From: Balanoglossus misakiensis | Lineage: Eukaryota; Animalia; Hemichordata | Length of the DNA: 64,000 nucleotides | Reading direction: 5' to 3' | Assembly: GCA_040954595.2 (NCBI GenBank) | Contig: CM082577.2 | Span: forward strand, 8,705,846-8,769,845 | Shown: positions 55,948 to 64,000 of the stretch, in pieces | How positions within the stretch are numbered: position 1 is the stretch's first letter | How the letters are laid out: the number at the start of each line of letters is the position of its first letter | Notes under the pieces: model-generated | What the model was told of the DNA's origin: nothing | Seen by the model: only the letters and a program-made list of their open reading frames with translations | Database searches by the model: none | Translations under genes and position numbers: made by a program

Positions 55948-58111
55948 TAAATGGTCACAAGACTCTGTATTCTTTAAAACACTGCTCCTATTCAACTACA
56001 TATTGAAATGTTTTATGCACCTGGCTTTAACAACAGGTGTGGTTCATAAAAAGAAGACCAATCAGAATGAGTGTCCTCTAGGTCACTGGCCCCAATCTGT
56101 TGATTCCAAAAAATAAGTTCATTTCAGACAATTTTTCTAAACTGTTGCTACCTCAGAGTGTAGTAAAATTTCATTATTCTCTCTGACAACAGCAATGGAC
56201 ATACAAGGTCAATTTGTCCAGGATATTTCACTTGAATTAATTGCTTTATCTGTAATTTGGGATTCAAAGAGCCAGAACTCACCAGTAATATTTTGTAGAT
56301 GAGATGGCGTTACAATATTTTCTAGGCTGCAGTAAAATTGTTTTGACAGTATTAGGTTAAATTTCTCGACAACACTGTTCTGAGAAAAATGTAACAATTG
56401 TCCCTTTTATTCCATAAATATTGTCTCCTCTTTTAATCGGTCCACTGATAGTTTTCCCTATCAATATTGTTAATGATTATAAAAAAGATGGATCAGACAT
56501 ACATGTACATTCGTCTTTTCCTTTTTTTTCACATTTTTTTGCATTTGGAACCGGAAACAAGACTGCATATCCCTCATTATTTGTAGCAAAGTTCTTGAAA
56601 TATGGATTCATCTTCAAGGTCCACTGAACATACGTCTTCTTAAATGATACATTTTATAGGCCACAACAACCTGATTTCTTTGATAAATGACCACCTTTCC
56701 AAAACTGTTTGTGTCCTGTTATAATCTGCGTGTTTCTTGCAACCGTGCCCATATGCAATTGTTGTAAGAAAAGTTTTTTTCTGTGGATTTGATTTATATT
56801 TTGTACCCCACCCCCATCCCTCCTCTCCCTCCCACTTACAAGCTCTCTTTTTGAAAGGAGCGGTGTCATTTCTTAGAGGGTCGTGGTCGTTTCTCACAGA
56901 AGTATTGTCTCCTTCACCCGCCAGCCGCACACAACACACAGCTCCAGGGTGCAGCAATTATGGCGGTCGAGGTACTTTTTTCAAGTTTGTCAATCATCAG
57001 TGTAAAAACAATGCCAGCCATATTTGAGTGTTACACATGAATCTGCTGAATGAAAATCAAAGCTGTGGAAATAAATAAAACAGGAATCAGACTATCATTT
57101 TTGTTTACAAATCTGCCTTGTAGTTCGTTTCTAAACTGGCCGATTGGCAGAGTGCCAGGGCCTGGTCACACGAACCACCCCGGTGCGGCCGGCCATGCAC
57201 CCAACCAGCTCCTGCCGGCTTGTGTATGGCAGGTTGCCACTCGAGACCAGACAATGGGGCAAGCAGGCTGCATTCCTCTATAACCTCGTAGATTGTGCGC
57301 CAAATAATAGACACCGGCCAGCCCATTGTTGCCCAGATAGAAAGGCAAACATTTTAGGCTCACCTCGACACAAATCGATAGCATTGTCAGGGCGCAACTT
57401 TACAGTACTTATGCATATATACAACCAATTGAAAGCAATGGGCAACATGCCACCATACCTGCGATTCAAAACTATGCACTAAATAAATTTTCAAATTTCA
57501 TTCCCAGATACCAACGCGAAATAAATCCCCGTTATCCAGCTATAACACCGGCAGTTTATTAGTTGGCTAACTTTTTTTTGCTATTTTTTCTCTTTCAGTT
57601 GACTTGGATTAGTTGGTTGGTGTGATGTATTGCGGTGATTTATTGAGAGATGTGATGGGGGTTATCTGGCCATGCAGTTATGCAAACTTCACCCTCACGG
57701 CGACGATCTGTCACTGATGTCCTCTCTGCAGGGCCCTCACCTGTCCGGGAGTTCGCAATATGTCACCTCCAGGGTGTGAATTCCGGGATGGACCCCAACC
57801 ATGACTTTCCATGCCGAGCCGTGTTGACTGACTGGCTACTGAACTTCCCTCGGAGTGGAACGCATTCGGCCCCCGCACGTATATATGCACATGCATGCAC
57901 ACACACACTGAGCTCTCCCCCAGACTTGTTGACCCGGCCACCATAGAAACGTCCTACTCTGCAAGCAGTCAAGTGCCTCACCTTAAAGCTCCCCCATCAA
58001 ATTGGTTGCGCAAACACGGCGACTGCTTTTTTTTCTTCCTCATATCACTGCAAAGTGTTTTTCAAGTAACAATCAAGTGTTCCTGTTTGTAGAAGTGGGT
58101 GTTACAAGGAC

Positions 58112-61100
58112 TCATTTTTGGATGACGATTTTCTTGAGCTATAACCCATGGTTTTTGTCAAAATATGAAGAAATTTTGATAATCCGCAAAGTCGAAAAAT
58201 TGTCATTTTTGGACGATTTTCATGAGCTATAACCCATGGTTTTTGTCAAAGTATGAAGAAATTTTGATAATCCGCAAAGTCGAAAAATTGTCATTTTTGG
58301 ACGATTTTCATGAGCTATAACCCATGGTTTTTGTCAAAATATGAAGAAATTTTGATAATCCGCAAAGTCGAAAAATTGTCATTTTTGGACGATTTTCATG
58401 AGCTATAACCCATGGTTTTTGTCAAAATATGAAGAAATTTTGATAATCCGCAATGTCCAAAAATTGTCATTTTTGGACGATTTTCATGAGCTATAACCCA
58501 TGGTTTTTGTCAAAATATGAAGAAATTTTGATAATCCGCAAAGTCCAAAAATTGTCATTTTTGGACGATTTTCATGAGCTATAACCCATGCTTTTTGTCA
58601 AAATATGAAGAAATTTTGATAATCCGCAAAGTCCAAAAATTGTCATTTTTGGACGATTTTCATGAGCTATAACCCATGGTTTTTGTCAAAATATGAAGAA
58701 ATTTTGATAATCCGCAAAGTCGAAAAATTGTCATTTTTGGACGATTTTCATGAGCTATAACCCATGCTTTTTGTCAAAATATGAAGAAATTTTGATAATC
58801 CGCAAAGTCGAAAAATTGTCATTTTTGGACGATTTTCATGAGCTATAACCCATGGTTTTTGTCAAAATATGAAGAAATTTTGATAATCCGCAAAGTCGAA
58901 AAATTGTCATTTTTGGACGATTTTCATGAGCTATAACCCATGGTTTTTGTCAAAATATGAAGAAATTTTGATAATCCGCAAAGTACAAAAATTGTCATTT
59001 TTGGACGATTTTCATGAGCTATAACCCATGGTTTTTGTCAAAATATGAAGAAATTTTGATAATCCGCAAAGTCGAAAAATTGTCATTTTTGGACGATTTT
59101 CATGAGCTATAACCCATGGTTTTTGTCAAAATATGAAGAAATTTTGATAATCCGCAAAGTCCAAAAATTGTCATTTTTGGACGATTTTCATGAGCTATAA
59201 CCCATGGTTTTTGTCAAAATATGAAGAAATTTTGATAATCCGCAAAGTCGAAAAATTGTCATTTTTGGACGATTTTCATGAGCTATAACCCATGGTTTTT
59301 GTCAAAATATGAAGAAATTTTGATAATCCGCAAAGTCGAAAAATTGTCATTTTTGGACGATTTTCATGAGCTATAACCCATGGTTTTTGTCAAAATATGA
59401 AGAAATTTTGATAATCCGCAAAGTCGAAAAATTGTCATTTTTGGACGATTTTCATGAGCTATAACCCATGGTTTTTGTCAAAGTATGAAGAAATTTTGAT
59501 AATCCGCAAAGTCGAAAAATTGTCATTTTTGGACGATTTTCATGAGCTATAACCCATGGTTTTGTCAAAGTATGAAGAAATTTTGATAATCCGCAAAGTC
59601 GAAAAATTGTCATTTTTGGACGATTTTCATGAGCTATAACCCATGGTTTTTGTCAAAGTATGAAGAAATTTTGATAATCCGCAAAGTCGAAAAATTGTCA
59701 TTTTTGGACGATTTTCATGAGCTATAACCCATGGTTTTTGTCAAAGTATGAAGAAATTTTGATAATCCGCAAAGTCGAAAAATTGTCATTTTTGGACGAT
59801 TTTCATGAGCTATAACCCATGGTTTTTGTCAAAGTATGAAGAAATTTTGATAATCCGCAAAGTCGAAAAATTGTCATTTTTGGACGATTTTCATGAGCTA
59901 TAACCCATGGTTTTTGTCAAAATATGAAGAAATTTTGATAATCCGCAAAGTCGAAAAATTGTCATTTTTGGACGATTTTCATGAGCTATAACCCATGGTT
60001 TTTGTCAAAGTATGAAGAAATTTTGATAATCCGCAAAGTCGAAAAATTGTCATTTTTGGACGATTTTCATGAGCTATAACCCATGGTTTTTGTCAAAGTA
60101 TGAAGAAATTTTGATAATCCGCAAAGTCGAAAAATTGTCATTTTTGGACGATTTTCATGAGCTATAACCCATGGTTTTTGTCAAAGTATGAAGAAATTTT
60201 GATAATCCGCAAAGTCGAAAAATTGTCATTTTTGGACGATTTTCATGAGCTATAACCCATGGTTTTTGTCAAAGTATGAAGAAATTTTGATAATCCGCAA
60301 AGTCGAAAAATTGTCATTTTTGGACGATTTTCATGAGCTATAACCCATGGTTTTTGTCAAAGTATGAAGAAATTTTGATAATCCGCAAAGTCGAAAAATT
60401 GTCATTTTTGGACGATTTTCATGAGCTATAACCCATGGTTTTTGTCAAAGTATGAAGAAATTTTGATAATCCGCAAAGTCGAAAAATTGTCATTTTTGGA
60501 CGATTTTCATGAGCTATAACCCATGGTTTTTGTCAAAATATGAAGAAATTTTGATAATCCGCAAAGTCGAAAAATTGTCATTTTTGGACGATTTTCATGA
60601 GCTATAACCCATGGTTTTTGTCAAAATATGAAGAAATTTTGATAATCCGCAATGTCCAAAAATTGTCATTTTTGGACGATTTTCATGAGCTATAACCCAT
60701 GGTTTTTGTCAAAATATGAAGAAATTTTGATAATCCGCAAAGTCCAAAAATTGTCATTTTTGGACGATTTTCATGAGCTATAACCCATGGTTTTTGTCAA
60801 AATATGAAGAAATTTTGATAATCCGCAAAGTCGAAAAATTGTCATTTTTGGACGATTTTCATGAGCTATAACCCATGGTTTTTGTCAAAATATGAAGAAA
60901 TTTTGATAATCCGCAAAGTCGAAAAATTGTCATTTTTGGACGATTTTCATGAGCTATAACCCATGCTTTTTGTCAAAATATGAAGAAATTTTGATAATCC
61001 GCAAAGTCGAAAAATTGTCATTTTTGGACGATTTTCATGAGCTATAACCCATGGTTTTTGTCAAAATATGAAGAAATTTTGATAATCCGCAAAGTCGAAA

Positions 61101-64000
61101 AATTGTCATTTTTGGACGATTTTCATGAGCTATGACCCATGGTTTTTGTCAAAATATGAAGAAATTTTGATAATCCGCAAAGTACAAAAATTGTCATTTT
61201 TGGACGATTTTCATGAGCTATAACCCATGGTTTTTGTCAAAATATGAAGAAATTTTGATAATCCGCAATGTCGAAAAATTGTCATTTTTGGACGATTTTC
61301 ATGAGCTATAACCCATGGTTTTTGTCAAAATATGAAGAAATTTTGATAATCCGCAAAGTCGAAAAATTGTCATTTTTGGACGATTTTCATGAGCTATAAC
61401 CCATGGTTTTTGTCAAAATATGAAGAAATTTTGATAATCCGCAATGTCGAAAAATTGTCATTTTTGGACGATTTTCATGAGCTATAACCCATGGTTTTTG
61501 TCAAAATATGAAGAAATTTTGAAAATCCGCAAAGTCGAAAAATTGTCATTTTTGGACGATTTTCATGAGCTATAACCCATGGTTTTTGTCAAAATATGAA
61601 GAAATTTTGATAATCCGCAAAGTCGAAAAATTGTCATTTTTGGACGATTTTCATGAGCTATAACCCATGGTTTTTGTCAAAATATGAAGAAATTTTGATA
61701 ATCCGCAAAGTCGAAAAATTGTCATTTTGGACGATTTTCATGAGCTATAACCCATGGTTTTTGTCAAAATATGAAGAAATTTTGATAATCCGCAAAGTCG
61801 AAAAATTGTCATTTTTGGACGATTTTCATGAGCTATAACCCATGGTTTTTGTCAAAATATGAAGAAATTTTGATAATCCGCAAAGTCGAAAAATTGTCAT
61901 TTTTGGACGATTTTCATGAGCTATAACCCATGGTTTTTGTCAAAATATGAAGAAATTTTGATAATCCGCAAAGTCGAAAAATTGTCATTTTTGGACGATT
62001 TTCATGAGCTATAACCCATGGTTTTTGTCAAAGTATGAAGAAATTTTGATAATCCGCAAAGTCGAAAAATTGTCATTTTTGGACGATTTTCATGAGCTAT
62101 AACCCATGGTTTTTGTCAAAGTATGAAGAAATTTTGATAATCCGCAAAGTCGAAAAATTGTCATTTTTGGACGATTTTCATGAGCTATAACCCATGGTTT
62201 TTGTCAAAGTATGAAGAAATTTTGATAATCCGCAAAGTCGAAAAATTGTCATTTTTGGACGATTTTCATGAGCTATAACCCATGGTTTTTGTCAAAGTAT
62301 GAAGAAATTTTGATAATCCGCAAAGTCGAAAAATTGTCATTTTTGGACGATTTTCATGAGCTATAACCCATGGTTTTTGTCAAAGTATGAAGAAATTTTG
62401 ATAATCCGCAAAGTCGAAAAATTGTCATTTTTGGACGATTTTCATGAGCTATAACCCATGGTTTTTGTCAAAGTATGAAGAAATTTTGATAATCCGCAAA
62501 GTCGAAAAATTGTCATTTTTGGACGATTTTCATGAGCTATAACCCATGGTTTTTGTCAAAATATGAAGAAATTTTGATAATCCGCAAAGTCGAAAAATTG
62601 TCATTTTTGGACGATTTTCATGAGCTATAACCCATGGTTTTTGTCAAAGTATGAAGAAATTTTGATAATCCGCAAAGTCGAAAAATTGTCATTTTTGGAC
62701 GATTTTCATGAGCTATAACCCATGGTTTTTGTCAAAGTATGAAGAAATTTTGATAATCCGCAAAGTCGAAAAATTGTCATTTTTGGACGATTTTCATGAG
62801 CTATAACCCATGGTTTTTGTCAAAGTATGAAGAAATTTTGATAATCCGCAAAGTCGAAAAATTGTCATTTTTGGACGATTTTCATGAGCTATAACCCATG
62901 GTTTTTGTCAAAGTATGAAGAAATTTTGATAATCCGCAAAGTCGAAAAATTGTCATTTTTGGACGATTTTCATGAGCTATAACCCATGGTTTTTGTCAAA
63001 GTATGAAGAAATTTTGATAATCCGCAAAGTCGAAAAATTGTCATTTTTGGACGATTTTCATGAGCTATAACCCATGGTTTTTGTCAAAGTATGAAGAAAT
63101 TTTGATAATCCGCAAAGTCGAAAAATTGTCATTTTTGGACGATTTTCATGAGCTATAACCCATGGTTTTTGTCAAAATATGAAGAAATTTTGATAATCCG
63201 CAAAGTCGAAAAATTGTCATTTTTGGACGATTTTCATGAGCTATAACCCATGGTTTTTGTCAAAATATGAAGAAATTTTGATAATCCGCAATGTCCAAAA
63301 ATTGTCATTTTTGGACGATTTTCATGAGCTATAACCCATGGTTTTTGTCAAAATATGAAGAAATTTTGATAATCCGCAAAGTCCAAAAATTGTCATTTTT
63401 GGACGATTTTCATGAGCTATAACCCATGCTTTTTGTCAAAATATGAAGAAATTTTGATAATCCGCAAAGTCGAAAAATTGTCATTTTTGGACGATTTTCA
63501 TGAGCTATAACCCATGGTTTTTGTCAAAATATGAAGAAATTTTGATAATCCGCAAAGTCGAAAAATTGTCATTTTTGGACGATTTTCATGAGCTATAACC
63601 CATGGTTTTTGTCAAAGTATGAAGAAATTTTGATAATCCGCAAAGTCGAAAAATTGTCATTTTTGGACGATTTTCATGAGCTATAACCCATGGTTTTTGT
63701 CAAAGTATGAAGAAATTTTGATAATCCGCAAAGTCGAAAAATTGTCATTTTTGGACGATTTTCATGAGCTATAACCCATGGTTTTTGTCAAAGTATGAAG
63801 AAATTTTGATAATCCGCAAAGTCGAAAAATTGTCATTTTTGGACGATTTTCATGAGCTATAACCCATGGTTTTTGTCAAAATATGAAGAAATTTTGATAA
63901 TCCGCAAAGTCGAAAAATTGTCATTTTTGGACGATTTTCATGAGCTATAACCCATGGTTTTTGTCAAAATATGAAGAAATTTTGATAATCCGCAATGTCC
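58112..64000. repeat. 88-bp satellite array, ~67 copies, continuing past the window end
   Basis: Monomer TCATTTTTGGACGATTTTCATGAGCTATAACCCATGGTTTTTGTCAAA(A/G)TATGAAGAAATTTTGATAATCCGCAAAGTCGAAAAATTG; consecutive starts 58203, 58291, ...; copies differ at only a few positions. Confidence 0.99.

Noticed and set aside
58002-61838. ORFs reading SYNPWFLSKYEEILIIRKVEKLSF
   Set aside because: Translations of the satellite; 88 is not a multiple of 3 and the frames close within about two monomers.
58112-64000. CRISPR-like regular repeat array
   Set aside because: No unique spacers; whole 88-bp units are near-identical, the context is eukaryotic and there are no cas genes.

Overview
Eukaryotic, AT-rich, intron-dense invertebrate DNA; the gene content fits a marine deuterostome-like animal, but the taxon cannot be fixed from this sequence. 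Four spliced genes were reconstructed by hand with GT-AG junctions and a continuous reading frame, arranged as two head-to-head pairs: SNX8 (-, 3' end runs off the window) with IQCE (+), and LCMT1 (-) with DGKE (+). IQCE intron 9 holds a 3.2-kb nest of two related Helentron-associated (HINE/DINE-like) non-autonomous elements, whose terminal pairing sequences have co-varied and which carry ~238-bp internal tandem repeats. Small non-autonomous DNA transposons of five terminal types are present: TAG..CTA with 9-bp TSD, TTAA piggyBac-like, TA Tc1/mariner-like, TAA PIF/Harbinger-like, and CAGTG with 7-bp TSD. The 37.8-58 kb stretch has no recognisable protein gene but has candidate minus-strand non-coding exons and clustered CSL/TEAD motifs. 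The last 5.9 kb is an 88-bp satellite with higher-order block structure. No CRISPR array, rRNA or tRNA was seen.
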